Virus record (IMG/VR): IMGVR_UViG_3300044655_001360 | DNA from: a virus | Length of the DNA: 64,000 bases | Direction: 5' to 3' (one strand) | Part shown: positions 10,286 through 20,636 of the stretch, one piece after another | How the letters are laid out: each line of letters starts with the position of its first letter | Position numbering within the stretch: position 1 is the stretch's first letter | The notes under the pieces: generated by a model | What the model was told of the DNA's origin: nothing | The model's input: the letters and a program-made list of their open reading frames with translations, nothing else | Databases searched by the model: none | Position numbers and translations under genes: made by a program

Positions 10286-10978
10286 TTAATATTCAGGGAT
10301 TCCAAGGCCAGGAACATACATCATTCCATTGTAACTCCAGCTATCTCTACCATCCTTAACCATCTTATCACCAAACTTCATCATAGCCATTAATCGATTA
10401 TGCTCGAAAAACTCCTTCCATGGGCTTTTTAATGTATAATGATTCACAGCACCAATAGTCCGCAAATCCTGCATCACTGCATACGCACACAACTCTACAG
10501 ATGGCATCTCAATCTCAAAAATAGCAAATGGATTCGTATCAATCGCTAACTTACATAACAAAGGGGTCTTTTCTTTGACATATCTGATATTTCTTGGATC
10601 TAACTCAATAGCTAACTTACATAACTCTTCATCTTGTTTAATTACGAATCTAAATGCCCTTGGATCATTCTGAATTGCAGACTTGCAAATATACCGTTCC
10701 TGCTTCTTGATAAACTGCAAAGCCATACCATCATCCTGCACTGCCATATGACAAAGATACTGCGGTTTTCTCTTCGCATACTGTATAGCCATTCCATTCT
10801 GCTCTACTGCTGCATACCTAATACTCGCATCCTGATACTTCGCATACTTTAAATTCATCCCATTCCATAACATCGCATAATAACAATACTCTGGATCACC
10901 CCAGTCATGAAAGTCAATTGTCAAATCATCGTCTTCATTCTCGTCAAAATAATAATATAAGATCTCTTCAATATCCAT
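10286..10978 (-). CDS. DUF4116-like helical repeat protein
   Basis: repeats of the type CxxAVxxNGxA(L/I)Q(Y/F)xK. Confidence 0.65.
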   Translation of the reverse strand: MDIEEILYYYFDENEDDDLTIDFHDWGDPEYCYYAMLWNGMNLKYAKYQDASIRYAAVEQNGMAIQYAKRKPQYLCHMAVQDDGMALQFIKKQERYICKSAIQNDPRAFRFVIKQDEELCKLAIELDPRNIRYVKEKTPLLCKLAIDTNPFAIFEIEMPSVELCAYAVMQDLRTIGAVNHYTLKSPWKEFFEHNRLMAMMKFGDKMVKDGRDSWSYNGMMYVPGLGIPEY

Positions 10979-11084
10979 AATATATACCCTCTGTTTTAGT
11001 GTTGTTGGTATTTATTATGGTTGGAATTGTGGGTTTATGGATTTATCGTGGGATTATCATGGGATTGTCATGGGACTAGAATGC

Positions 11085-11110
11085 AGAAAGCACCCGAAGG
11101 GTGCTTTCTT
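11085..11110. terminator. intrinsic terminator
   Basis: AGAAAGCACCC-GAA-GGGTGCTTTCT. Confidence 0.7.
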
Positions 11111-11131
11111 TTGAATGAAGTGTTGGGTTGA

Positions 11132-11974
11132 TTAACTAACTGTATAACCCAATTCGTGTTTGTGATTGGGTAAAAACCAGCAATCTTCATAATGATGTAG
11201 CTTGTCACCAAATTTCACTATAGCTTGCATACACCACTTAGCCAATTCGACTTTTATCGGACCTTCTGGTATACATCTAAAATGAACTGAACCGACCGCA
11301 CGTAAATCTTTTCGAATGGCATATAAACAGAGTTCAGGTGATGGTCTGTTTATGTGAAATATCGCTAGTGGATCCATGTCAATTAATGCCATGCACATTG
11401 CAGGTGTTCTATTTTTAACGAATCGTATATTATATGAATCCAGCTTTAATGCTAATTCAATATAATCTTCTTGATCCTTAATCATATAGAATGATCGTGG
11501 TTCGGAATGCAATGCAGCTAAACAAATCTCTTCTGTTTGGTTTTTTACGTACTGCAATGCATATCCATTTTTCTCAACAGCAGCCAAACATATTTCGGGT
11601 GTTTGGTTTTTAACCCACTGTAATGCCAAATGATAGTTTTTCACTGCTTCCAAACATATTTCGGGTGTTTGCGTTCTAACAAACTTTAATGTAAACCCAT
11701 ATAGTTTTACCGCTTCCAAACATAGGAATTCTGTTTGATATTTGACCAATTCAAGATTCATTGGGTTGGTATATATAGCTGCTAAACATTCATTACATCC
11801 AGACAAATCAATGCTTTTCGCTAACTTTTTGTCATCTGACATTCGATACGCATCAAGTAACGAATCAGTTCTATCAGAATCAATTGGTGATTTGCAATAT
11901 CTAAGTATTTCGTGGTTCATGTACTTAGCCAATGCATCACTATCCATTACTGTGTATTCATACGGATGTTTCAT
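11132..11974 (-). CDS. DUF4116-like helical repeat protein, paralog of 10286-10978
   Basis: QTPEICLEAVK repeats; C-terminus resembles the neighbour (KFGDK). Confidence 0.7.
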   Translation of the reverse strand: MKHPYEYTVMDSDALAKYMNHEILRYCKSPIDSDRTDSLLDAYRMSDDKKLAKSIDLSGCNECLAAIYTNPMNLELVKYQTEFLCLEAVKLYGFTLKFVRTQTPEICLEAVKNYHLALQWVKNQTPEICLAAVEKNGYALQYVKNQTEEICLAALHSEPRSFYMIKDQEDYIELALKLDSYNIRFVKNRTPAMCMALIDMDPLAIFHINRPSPELCLYAIRKDLRAVGSVHFRCIPEGPIKVELAKWCMQAIVKFGDKLHHYEDCWFLPNHKHELGYTVS

Positions 11975-12064
11975 CTGAAAACTCCAAGGTTAATTGTGGA
12001 TTTAGCTTATTAAGCTGTTTGTTATTGCTTGATTTTATCATGGTTATTCACCTTAAAGTCGTAA

Positions 12065-13624
12065 TTAAATATCAAGAACCCATTTTCTACTACCACAACT
12101 CCAAACTTTCATGAATTTGGAACGTTTAATGAGTTCACCTGTTTCTTCATCCTCGGTATCAACTAGTTCTTCAACTACCTCTGTGTATAATTCTTCGGAT
12201 CGATCACTTAGATACCAACATACTGGATTTACGTCTTGTTCTAATACAAAGCCTTCCTTACTATACACTTCACCCATAATCCATTCGTTTTCGGTATACG
12301 CAATCAACCTAGATGGATTAAATGTATCAATAAACGCATTCAACAATCTTTTAGTACCGCCGACGACGTCGGTATGATATGTGTATCGTGAAATAGTTAC
12401 ATCGTCTGTAATATGAAAAGACATGACAGATACTAACATACCAGAAAAGAAAAGTCCATAACTAATTTCAGAGTCAGTGGCATCAAGTACATTGAATAAA
12501 GCATGAAATCTATTGGCTTCGTGTTCAGAAATAATTCGAATATCACAATCAGATGCAAGTGCAGTCATTGTATTCAACCCAAGTGAGTTGATTAACTCCA
12601 ATTGAACTTGTTCTCGTTTAGCTTTCCATACACTCGAAAATAACGTAATTAACTTAATACCGCGTTCTTCGCTTACTTTAAACTTATCATAGTGATACGA
12701 TTCCGTAATATGTGGGACCTCGGTATGATGCCAAAACACACCATTATACTCAATGGCGACTTTCAAATCAGGTAGGTATATGTCAATTTCTTTTCGATTA
12801 CCCAATAACTTTCTTGAATTACGAATGATTTTTGTAATACCCAACGATTCCAAGAATCTAACAACTTCCAATTCTTCTGAACTTTGAAATGGGCTTCTAA
12901 GTTCAAGCCTATTCAAATGGCGGCAAACCGTAGATGTTGTTACCAGTAATAAACTTGCAATTTCTGGAATTGTATAGTTGTTCACTAAGAATTCCATCAT
13001 ATCCCTATCATACAATGTTAGGTAATTTTGATTATTGTACTTGTCAGCCCAATACTGAGGATTGTATTTTTCAGCACGAGTTTTCAAGGTTTGTTCCATG
13101 TTATTGTAATTCTCGTTTCCATGATTCAATAACTTGGTTGCTTTGTTCTTAGCGGTTGCTTCTGCTACTTTTTCATCATCTGCATAAAATGCAGCATGCG
13201 CATCTTTAGCTTTTTTGATTTGCCCAATGTTACTAACATTATGATCGCGTAAGTTGGTAGCTTCACGCTTTGCGTTTATTTCCTGTTTACGTTCAGGTGA
13301 ATAAGATTGCTTATCATCTGATACTTTCTTACTAACAATTGCACTCGCACACTTACATTTTCCAGTTTTACCACATTTCTTATATCCATCAACAAATGAC
13401 TCAAACTTGTACTTATTTCCTATTGGACAAATGTGTGGTTCGTTACGTAAGAATTGATACATCTTTTCAGGGAATTCAACACCATGACATCTCATGATCA
13501 CTTCCACTAGATCTGGATGTCTATGTTTAACTACCGTCGCCAAGTGTTTACTGGATGTTGTTGCTGCCAAGTGTCTTAGCTTATCTTTTAGTTGTTCAAT
13601 TACTTCTTCTGTCGTATCGGTCAT
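12065..13624 (-). CDS. putative Hef-like homing endonuclease (Vsr/DUF559-type nuclease domain)
   Basis: EIDIYLPDLKVAIEYNGVFWH motif, Cys-rich N-terminus, HTH-like segment, C-terminal VWSCG..KW. Confidence 0.65.
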   Translation of the reverse strand: MTDTTEEVIEQLKDKLRHLAATTSSKHLATVVKHRHPDLVEVIMRCHGVEFPEKMYQFLRNEPHICPIGNKYKFESFVDGYKKCGKTGKCKCASAIVSKKVSDDKQSYSPERKQEINAKREATNLRDHNVSNIGQIKKAKDAHAAFYADDEKVAEATAKNKATKLLNHGNENYNNMEQTLKTRAEKYNPQYWADKYNNQNYLTLYDRDMMEFLVNNYTIPEIASLLLVTTSTVCRHLNRLELRSPFQSSEELEVVRFLESLGITKIIRNSRKLLGNRKEIDIYLPDLKVAIEYNGVFWHHTEVPHITESYHYDKFKVSEERGIKLITLFSSVWKAKREQVQLELINSLGLNTMTALASDCDIRIISEHEANRFHALFNVLDATDSEISYGLFFSGMLVSVMSFHITDDVTISRYTYHTDVVGGTKRLLNAFIDTFNPSRLIAYTENEWIMGEVYSKEGFVLEQDVNPVCWYLSDRSEELYTEVVEELVDTEDEETGELIKRSKFMKVWSCGSRKWVLDI

Positions 13625-13626
13625 GA

Positions 13627-14085
13627 TTAAATATCCTCGGTGTGATTATTCGCAGTTTTGTTTGCGTGATTAGTGATCCACTTTTGTTTAAATTCGTCTA
13701 CTTGCATTGGTCCATTTGCTTGGTATCTATCTTGCATAGTATTCATTCTAGTTTCATTCATCTTATCTAGTTTGTCTTGATCTTTCCAAACTTCTTTCAT
13801 TTTAGATGAATGCGCTTTTCCTTTAGCTGGGCAAGTATTCTCACAGTATTTACGATAACCATCTTTGAATGAAATGTATGATGCAACTTTACCGCAAGGG
13901 CATTTACTAGGCATCTCATTGGTTACTATACATCTAACTGTTTCACTTGTATTACGAGTACCTAACATATCCTTAACTCCTTGCACGTATAAGGCCATGT
14001 CTGGATTTGATTTTAACGTAGAATCAAATGTACTAGCTCGTTGTTTATCAGCCATTTCAATAATTCTTTCTTTCATAGTAGTCAT
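13627..14085 (-). CDS. hypothetical zinc-binding protein resembling the N-terminus of 12065-13624
   Basis: CPCGK...SFKDGYRKYC...C versus CPIGNK...SFVDGYKKC in the neighbour. Confidence 0.5.
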   Translation of the reverse strand: MTTMKERIIEMADKQRASTFDSTLKSNPDMALYVQGVKDMLGTRNTSETVRCIVTNEMPSKCPCGKVASYISFKDGYRKYCENTCPAKGKAHSSKMKEVWKDQDKLDKMNETRMNTMQDRYQANGPMQVDEFKQKWITNHANKTANNHTEDI

Positions 14086-14116
14086 TGGTTTTCCTTTGTA
14101 GGTTTAGTTTTATTGA

Positions 14117-14145
14117 AGTATATCTCTAGTATTTCAAGATGTCAA
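14117..14145 (-). promoter_or_regulatory. sigma70-type promoter
   Basis: TTGACA-17-TATACT upstream of 14085. Confidence 0.7.
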
Positions 14146-14180
14146 CCATTATTTTTCAATTATCTTTTAGGTAGGCAACA

Positions 14181-14202
14181 AAAAAGCACCCGAAGGTGCT
14201 TT
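14181..14202 (-). terminator. terminator after the major capsid gene
   Basis: AAAGCACC-CGAA-GGTGCTTT with a T-run on the minus strand. Confidence 0.75.
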
Positions 14203-14230
14203 AGTGTAATAAAAACAATAAGATACGTTC

Positions 14231-15400
14231 TTAGAAGAATGATGCTTGTGCAACAGTAACTTTGCCCAAATAATCGGCAGAATTTCCCAAAGAGCTCGAA
14301 GTATTGGTGAGTTCCGCGTAACCGTAACGGGTAAGAAAAGAAACGCAGGGTTCGAAGGTATTTGGGTCAAGTACCACGCCGCTTGACATCAAGGGGATGT
14401 ATGGACAGAAGAAAGCAGCCGAATCAGTTTCGGTCGTACCTTTATAACCGATCAATACATCGTCGTTAGCAGCGTATGTATTAACATAAATCTTCATTGC
14501 ACTGTTCAATGTACCAACAAATTTAGTATTGGTTGGCGCTTCGAATGTACCTTCAGTAGTACGAGCAAATGCTGAAGTAGTAGCTGATTGTAAAATGGTT
14601 AAAGCAGTTGGTGAAACAACAGCCCAGTTACCAGCACCACGACGTGTACGTTGTGCGATAGTGTTTGCAACTCGGTTGATAGCAACAGCCAATGAAGCAT
14701 GTTCATCACCAACGAAAGTAGCAACACCAGAAACTTGAGTTTGGTTCCAAGCGATAAGGTTGTTAGTACCAGCTAAAGTTGACAAACTTGACAAGATTTC
14801 TTGATCGATCTCAGCAGTGATTTCTTGTGCTAATGCAGCCATGATTTCTGCTTCGATGTCAATACCTTGTTGAGCTTGTGCATCTTGTGCAGCTTCGAAA
14901 GTCCAACGTGCTGACAATTTACGTGATTTTGCTTCAACTGTTTGTTTCAAGATTTGGATGCTTAGTTTGTTACCAGCTACCGCTTCTTTTGCTGCAGTTG
15001 CATCAGCTTTACCGTTAGTGTTACCTGAGTAACCTTCAGCAATTTTGAATGGTGATAATGCTTCGTCACCAGCAGTTGTTGAACCACCAGCTGAACCAGT
15101 AAATGAATCAGAATAACGCACACGAAGAGTGTGGATTTGGCCAACAGGACCAGTCATTGGTTGTACACCAACTAATTCATTTGCGATAACAGTCGGCATA
15201 ACACGACGGATAACTGGTAAGATAACGCGGTTTAAAGTAGCAACGTTACCTGCAGAAGTAGCACCTGCAGTTGCAGATTCTGATAATTGTTTGCGGGTAT
15301 TTTCAAGAACAGTTGACATAACAGTTCTTTTGTTCCCTTGTAAGCCTTCCAAAAGTGCTTCTTTGGTTTCTGACCAACGTGATTCTAATAATTGTGACAT
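14231..15400 (-). CDS. gp23: major capsid protein (T4 gp23-like)
   Basis: LVGVQPMTGPVGQI, SRKLSARW, AAFFCPYIPL and TRYG motifs. Confidence 0.95.
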   Translation of the reverse strand: MSQLLESRWSETKEALLEGLQGNKRTVMSTVLENTRKQLSESATAGATSAGNVATLNRVILPVIRRVMPTVIANELVGVQPMTGPVGQIHTLRVRYSDSFTGSAGGSTTAGDEALSPFKIAEGYSGNTNGKADATAAKEAVAGNKLSIQILKQTVEAKSRKLSARWTFEAAQDAQAQQGIDIEAEIMAALAQEITAEIDQEILSSLSTLAGTNNLIAWNQTQVSGVATFVGDEHASLAVAINRVANTIAQRTRRGAGNWAVVSPTALTILQSATTSAFARTTEGTFEAPTNTKFVGTLNSAMKIYVNTYAANDDVLIGYKGTTETDSAAFFCPYIPLMSSGVVLDPNTFEPCVSFLTRYGYAELTNTSSSLGNSADYLGKVTVAQASFF

Positions 15401-15411
15401 ATATGTTCTCC

Positions 15412-16500
15412 TTAAGCTGATAATCCCGCAAGTCTGCGGATGTCTGTGAGTTCGGCAGTCTTTTCACTGAAAGACGGTACCTGTTTGTTACCTGTAATCT
15501 CTGTAGATTCTGTAAGAGTTTTACGAGAAGTTCTAGCACCGCTGTCTAAGACGGCAGGTAGGTATTTGTCGTAAGCTGCGTACAGTTTATCTGTTTGTAC
15601 CGATTCGAGCAGTTCACTCATAACGATTCTTTTGTCGCCAACCAATGGGCCGAGAAGTTCGTTAAGAACGTCTTTGCGTTGAGTTGATTCTTTAAGAACG
15701 CGTACTTGAGCTTCTTTGCTTTCAGCGAGTTGTTTAGCTTGTACTACGATTTTTGCTGCTTCTTCCAACTCGATCTCTTTTTGTTGAATGACTTGCATCA
15801 ATTTAACAGTTTCCGATTTCTCGTTAAGGTGACTAGCTGCGTATTCGCTGGCAAAACTTTCAAAAATTCTGCGACCGAAGTCATTTCTGCGAGCTGATTC
15901 GATATCTTCTTTCAGTTGTGTCATTTCTGCACGAAGACCTTTGGTCACGGTGCTTTCGATGATAGCTGCTGAATGAGCAATGAAATCTTTTTTGACTTCT
16001 TCGAACTTAGCTTTACTTTCTCTAACTAAACGAACTTTAGTTTCGGCTAAGTCTTTTTTGTCTGTGTGGAAATCTGCGATTTCTTTCGCTAGTGCATCCA
16101 CGATAAAAGATTCCAATTTAGATATGTTATCTGCAACGGCTCTACGGTCTTCATTAAGTTCGGCAAGTTCTTTGCTAAGGTTTTGCATAACGAAAGATTC
16201 CATGGCTTTGGTATCTTTAGCAATTTTCATAGCATATTTTGCTTTTGCTTCGATAAGTCCTTGACGGTCTTCAGCGAAATCTTGAAGTTCAGAAGCTAAT
16301 TTATCTGAAATCATGTTTTCGACAGCTTCGAGTAAGGAGGCTTTATCGTGCTCATATTTGTGAGCAAATTCTTCACGTAGAGTGGCAGTGACTTGATCAC
16401 GGTTTTCTTGAATTCGACTTTCCCAAGCGCTTTCAATTTCCGATTTCATATCCTCGGAAATCACATTGTTTTCAAACAATTGTTTTACAAAATCCTGCAT
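15412..16500 (-). CDS. gp22: prohead scaffolding/core protein (gp22-like)
   Basis: coiled-coil, E/K-rich, located between protease and capsid genes. Confidence 0.8.
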   Translation of the reverse strand: MQDFVKQLFENNVISEDMKSEIESAWESRIQENRDQVTATLREEFAHKYEHDKASLLEAVENMISDKLASELQDFAEDRQGLIEAKAKYAMKIAKDTKAMESFVMQNLSKELAELNEDRRAVADNISKLESFIVDALAKEIADFHTDKKDLAETKVRLVRESKAKFEEVKKDFIAHSAAIIESTVTKGLRAEMTQLKEDIESARRNDFGRRIFESFASEYAASHLNEKSETVKLMQVIQQKEIELEEAAKIVVQAKQLAESKEAQVRVLKESTQRKDVLNELLGPLVGDKRIVMSELLESVQTDKLYAAYDKYLPAVLDSGARTSRKTLTESTEITGNKQVPSFSEKTAELTDIRRLAGLSA

Positions 16501-16524
16501 GTGATTCTCCTCTCTTGTGTGTAT

Positions 16525-17151
16525 TTAGTTCAGGCCCTTGATGATGCGCATCAAGCTCTCTGAGATGTATTTCTGTGCTTTTGGGTCGCCTTGAACTTCT
16601 TGAGCGATACGTAAAGCGGTATTACCACCGGCTGTGTTCATGATATGTTCATAAACGGGAGTTGGGTAGGCACCTGGTGCGCTAGGTTGAGCAACGACAT
16701 CTACGGTAATGATTTCAAAACCTTGGACATAGCCGTTGTTATCTACATCACCAGACCCTCTACTTGAAACTCCCAGTTTTACACCGGCTTCTAGCATGGA
16801 TTCGATAAGTTTACCCATTGGAGTTGGTAAGATTTTAAGTTTACCGTAGCCGTTGGGACCGTCCATCCACATTTTCGTAATCATGTGGCTGACTCTATCG
16901 AGGTTAATTCGTAAGTCTGCTGGGTGGTCAACTTCGCCTAAAACTGAGTAGCCACCTGAGATCTGTTCGTTAAGAGTTTTAACAGCTTTACCGATTTCTT
17001 GAGAAGAGTAGACCCGTTGGTTTGCATTTTTGATATCGCCTTGGATGCAGATACCGTTAAGATGCAAAGATTTTTGGTCACCTTCATTTGAGTGTTCAAG
17101 AACGATATGTGCTTGGTCAAAACTCAGATGTTCAGTTAAGGGAGTTCTCAC
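16525..17151 (-). CDS. gp21: prohead protease (gp21-like)
   Basis: LGEVDHP, GVSSRGSG and DVVAQPSAPGA motifs. Confidence 0.93.
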   Translation of the reverse strand: MRTPLTEHLSFDQAHIVLEHSNEGDQKSLHLNGICIQGDIKNANQRVYSSQEIGKAVKTLNEQISGGYSVLGEVDHPADLRINLDRVSHMITKMWMDGPNGYGKLKILPTPMGKLIESMLEAGVKLGVSSRGSGDVDNNGYVQGFEIITVDVVAQPSAPGAYPTPVYEHIMNTAGGNTALRIAQEVQGDPKAQKYISESLMRIIKGLN

Positions 17152-17160
17152 GTTAGCTTC

Positions 17161-17940
17161 CTATCGTTTGTTGCGAAATAAGCTAGTTGAGTTCGCGCCA
17201 TCGTCTGCTTTTTTAGGAGCAGCAGCTTTTTTGAAAGCATCGCCTGCTTTGCCGCCTGGAACATTGATGTTGCCAGATTTCAAATCTTGTGCTTTAGGGT
17301 TAACTAAGCCACCTTGAGTGCCACCTGTATCAGATGTGTCACCTTTTAACAAGTTAGCAGTAGTACCGCCCATGTCATTTTTACCAGCTACGATTGACTT
17401 TGCGTTTGCGCCGTTGTCGCCGCCTTTAACAGTACCGATTTTTTCAACGTATTCACGAACTGTTTCTAATTCGAAAGATTCGTTTTCGTCTTCAGAGTCA
17501 TCCAATTCAGTATTCAATTCGTCAGTTGCATCGCCACCGAAGTCGTCATCATTAGCTGCATCTGCACCAGTAAGGCCACGAAGTTCGTCAAATTTAGCTT
17601 GTAATTCGTCAACGATTTCATCTAAACTTTGGAAGATTTCTTCTTTAGAACCTTCTTCGCCTTCTTCTTCGTCACCAAATTCTTTTTCGCCGAATTGGTC
17701 ATCGTCTTCTTCACCTTCGTCATCGCCGAAGTCGTCATCATTAGCTGATTTGCCGAAATCGAATGCTTCTTCGTATTCGTCATCACCAGCTTCGTCGTCA
17801 GAATAAGATTCTTCTAACAAAGATTCGTAAATTTCGCGTGATTTAGCCACAACGTAGTCGTGGAATAATTCTTCCGCTTGTGTTCTGTTTTCATTAACGA
17901 GATGTTCTAACATCTCTTCAAGAATGGATGAGTTTGCCAT
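17161..17940 (-). CDS. acidic prohead core protein
   Basis: extremely D/E-rich, directly upstream of gp21, TAAATA upstream. Confidence 0.6.
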   Translation of the reverse strand: MANSSILEEMLEHLVNENRTQAEELFHDYVVAKSREIYESLLEESYSDDEAGDDEYEEAFDFGKSANDDDFGDDEGEEDDDQFGEKEFGDEEEGEEGSKEEIFQSLDEIVDELQAKFDELRGLTGADAANDDDFGGDATDELNTELDDSEDENESFELETVREYVEKIGTVKGGDNGANAKSIVAGKNDMGGTTANLLKGDTSDTGGTQGGLVNPKAQDLKSGNINVPGGKAGDAFKKAAAPKKADDGANSTSLFRNKR

Positions 17941-18024
17941 CAGTGTTCTCCTTTGGGGTTTGATAAGTCTGTGTTGATATTTAACGCACTTGAAAGGAAT
18001 GTATTCAAAATGCTTGTTTTTTGA

Positions 18025-18624
18025 TTAATTTTGAGGTATATTAGGGAAAATACCGCAAAATTCGTCATAACTAACTGTATTTAAGTTTTTCAAATTACCG
18101 AACATTTCAGGATGAAACGCGTTATCTTCGATAACTCTAGTAAACTTAATATGCTTAAACTCTTCGATTATTCGTTGTGTTTGATTAAGCCAATTGCCAT
18201 AATAAGTAGCAACATCGTTGCTATTCTTATAATTGTATGTATCCGCGTAGACATTGTTGAATTTTCCATCTATACCTCGAAAGTCAAAACCAAGGATATA
18301 GATTTTCAAATGACCATTAGACGCGGCAAACCAAAGAGCAGTTGGACCTGAGCTCCATCCTTTGTGTGGACTAAAGAAGTTAAGATTTTTTTTAGTATGA
18401 ATCCCTCTATTGGGATTAGTCCAAACTTGGTGAGTTTCTTGGTATCCAGTTGAGACAATTTCATTGACCATTTTGGTATCGACTGCAATTAAGTAGTCTG
18501 GGTCAAATTCCCTATAAACTGCATTACAACCGTAAACAGTACCATTTGTTGTTAATTGAGAGCAATCAATAGCCAAACGACTACGACCATTCCCTAAGAC
18601 GAAAGCGGGACTATTTCTGGGCAT
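18025..18624 (-). CDS. DUF115/MptE-like Rossmann-fold protein (possible glycosyltransferase-like)
   Basis: VLGNGRSR, YGCNAVYR, WSSGPTA and IYILGFD motifs. Confidence 0.6.
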   Translation of the reverse strand: MPRNSPAFVLGNGRSRLAIDCSQLTTNGTVYGCNAVYREFDPDYLIAVDTKMVNEIVSTGYQETHQVWTNPNRGIHTKKNLNFFSPHKGWSSGPTALWFAASNGHLKIYILGFDFRGIDGKFNNVYADTYNYKNSNDVATYYGNWLNQTQRIIEEFKHIKFTRVIEDNAFHPEMFGNLKNLNTVSYDEFCGIFPNIPQN

Positions 18625-18850
18625 CTACTGGTTTGGAATACATTTGCGAAATAAACCCTGCTTCTGCTTGCTTTTCAGCTTCATGGGCTTCGGTTGATAA
18701 TCTCAATTGGTTAATTTGTCTTAAAGTCAATTTAATCTTACGGGTATCTGATTTATTAATAACAGAGCTATCCCGTGTCGCATCATATCGACGATCATTA
18801 GACATTCCATCGGAATTGTCGTTAAAGTAAAAGAATTCAAGTAGTTTCAT
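18611..18850 (-). CDS. conserved head-module hypothetical protein
   Basis: DTRKIKLTLRQINQLR; TAAATA immediately upstream. Confidence 0.6.
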   Translation of the reverse strand: MKLLEFFYFNDNSDGMSNDRRYDATRDSSVINKSDTRKIKLTLRQINQLRLSTEAHEAEKQAEAGFISQMYSKPVDAQK

Positions 18851-18984
18851 GGTTGTATTTAGCCTTCCGTAATTTGGCAGTATTACCGGTATTTAGGCTT
18901 TTGAAACTGTTGATTTTGATATGGCTCGGCACTAGCGGCACTCGCAAGCATACAGTGAAATGATATGGTGAATTTTGGGTATTA

Positions 18985-19005
18985 AAAAGGCTACCGGAGT
19001 AGCCT
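18985..19005 (-). terminator. terminator of the CLec gene cluster
   Basis: AGGCTAC-CGGA-GTAGCCT followed by a T-run on the minus strand. Confidence 0.7.
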
Positions 19006-19013
19006 ATGGTGAT

Positions 19014-19436
19014 TTAATCATCTTTTAGATCTCGGACAAAGACGGTATGATGTACATATTCGCCATTACGAGTTTGAAAATGTAGGCCAGTGGGTTCCAG
19101 CCACGCAGTATACTCTTTAGATTTTATACGGCCTGATTTGTTTACGTCACACCAGTATTGCATATACCAAAAACCATTAAATCTTGGATGATTCTCAAGT
19201 AAGCAACCCATTTCTTCATCACAAGGTAATCTCCATCCGATCTTACCTTCTATGTTTAAAGAAAATGCGTAAAGTTTTGCATCTGCCCAAGTCAGTTGCC
19301 TGCAGTAATGACTGGGTGCAATTTCTATTTTCAACGACTCGTAAACCTCGATTGGTTCAATTGGCTTAGGCTTTAGTTTTAAGGATTGCAGGAATTGGTC
19401 GTCTGTCATTTGGTTTTCCTTGTTGGTATTAATCAT
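19014..19436 (-). CDS. DUF1566/CLec-fold small protein (start may be 19409)
   Basis: IEIAP...WADAKLYAFSLNIEGKIGWRLP...VRDLKDD. Confidence 0.7.
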   Translation of the reverse strand: MINTNKENQMTDDQFLQSLKLKPKPIEPIEVYESLKIEIAPSHYCRQLTWADAKLYAFSLNIEGKIGWRLPCDEEMGCLLENHPRFNGFWYMQYWCDVNKSGRIKSKEYTAWLEPTGLHFQTRNGEYVHHTVFVRDLKDD

Positions 19437-19770
19437 CTTTTAGATCTCGGACTGGAATACAGTAAATATCATCCATATACTTGCTCGCCAATCTCTGACT
19501 ATTCCGACTGGACATAAACCAAGCAATGTCCTGTCCATTTTCTTCTGACCAAATCTCAAATTCATGGTCTAGCGGTGAGGATACTCGTAATATAATACTG
19601 TTCAACTCAAATAACGTAGGTAATCTCCATCCAACTATACCCTTGTCATTCAGAGAAAAGCAATACATCTTGGCTTCTTCCCAACTCATTTTCTTCCAAT
19701 ACGTCGAATCCGACAGTTGGCATGGAAATGGTGGAGTTGGTGGGTAAAGTTTTGTTGAAAAATAAGTCAT
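19429..19770 (-). CDS. DUF1566/CLec-fold small protein
   Basis: WEEAKMYCFSLN...GWRLPTLFEL...PVRDL; ATG at 19770 overlaps the upstream stop. Confidence 0.7.
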   Translation of the reverse strand: MTYFSTKLYPPTPPFPCQLSDSTYWKKMSWEEAKMYCFSLNDKGIVGWRLPTLFELNSIILRVSSPLDHEFEIWSEENGQDIAWFMSSRNSQRLASKYMDDIYCIPVRDLKDD

Positions 19771-20078
19771 AGGTCTCTCACTGGTCTGACAAGGCATCTA
19801 CCGACAAAGGTATTATAATCACTGAAATAGATGACGTCATTCCATCCAGAAGTTGGGTGAGTATTAAACGATTTAAACCAAACTCCGTTTTCTACTTCAG
19901 TGGATGACCAATACCAATTTCGGCTAAAATCATTGATACAGGTATAGATCCCATCTAATTCTTCTATTGTAGGCAATCTCCAACCTATTTTACCATCAAT
20001 GTTAAGTGAAAAGCAATATAGTTTTGCTTCTTGAAAAAGCAGAGGTGCTTCGTATTTTTTTGGTGCTATTTCAATCAT
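19767..20078 (-). CDS. DUF1566/CLec-fold small protein
   Basis: IEIAPK...GWRLPTIEEL...WYWSSTE...VRPVR. Confidence 0.75.
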   Translation of the reverse strand: MIEIAPKKYEAPLLFQEAKLYCFSLNIDGKIGWRLPTIEELDGIYTCINDFSRNWYWSSTEVENGVWFKSFNTHPTSGWNDVIYFSDYNTFVGRCLVRPVRDL

Positions 20079-20160
20079 TTGTTTTTCCTATTGGCTCGCC
20101 TTCGGCTCGCAAAGTGATTACATTATCTTTTAGGCTTTATGCCTCGCAAAAGTCCAAAGG

Positions 20161-20451
20161 TTAAGTGATTGATCTGACTGCTATAACGTAGCCGAGGCCG
20201 TAGTTCTTATTGGTGAAGTTCTGAAGTCCATTCGACATAGCCTGACACCAGGCGTAGCCATTGTTCTCAGTAGAAGACCAGTACCAATATTTTTCAAAAT
20301 CATTTTCTGAAAGGTATATCTCATTTAATTCATCTATGTTAGGTAATCTCCAACCAGATTTTCCATTTACATTAAGGGAGAAACAATAAAATCTGGCATC
20401 AAACCAGTTGGTTTGAATCTCGGTTGATTTGGGTGCTATTTGAAAGTTCAT
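20161..20451 (-). CDS. DUF1566/CLec-fold small protein, candidate DGR target
   Basis: GWRLPNIDEL, WYWSSTE and YVIAVR motifs; NNC-rich 3' end. Confidence 0.8.
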   Translation of the reverse strand: MNFQIAPKSTEIQTNWFDARFYCFSLNVNGKSGWRLPNIDELNEIYLSENDFEKYWYWSSTENNGYAWCQAMSNGLQNFTNKNYGLGYVIAVRSIT

Positions 20452-20475
20452 TGGGTTTCCTATTAGTTTTTGTGT

Positions 20476-20503
20476 ATTATAACTAAAAGATAATAGATGT
20501 CAA
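20476..20503 (-). promoter_or_regulatory. sigma70-type promoter with CTAAAAGATAAT in its spacer
   Basis: TTGACA-16-TATAAT upstream of 20451. Confidence 0.7.
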
Positions 20504-20636
20504 GTATTGTATTGTATTGTATTGTAGTGTCGCGAGGCGTGATAACGCCGAGCCATACCCAATAAAAAACCCCTGAATCCTAATAAACATTACTAGGAAA
20601 ACAGGGGCAAAACATTCAAACTTATTTATATAATCT

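Noticed and set aside
11030-11077. Short degenerate 10-bp tandem repeat (TCATGGGATT-like), also (TATTG)n at 20505-20525
   Set aside because: Too short and degenerate to support a function.
17535-17748. Duplicated 22-bp segment in the acidic core gene
   Set aside because: Encodes a repeated ANDDDFG in a low-complexity protein; an ordinary internal duplication.
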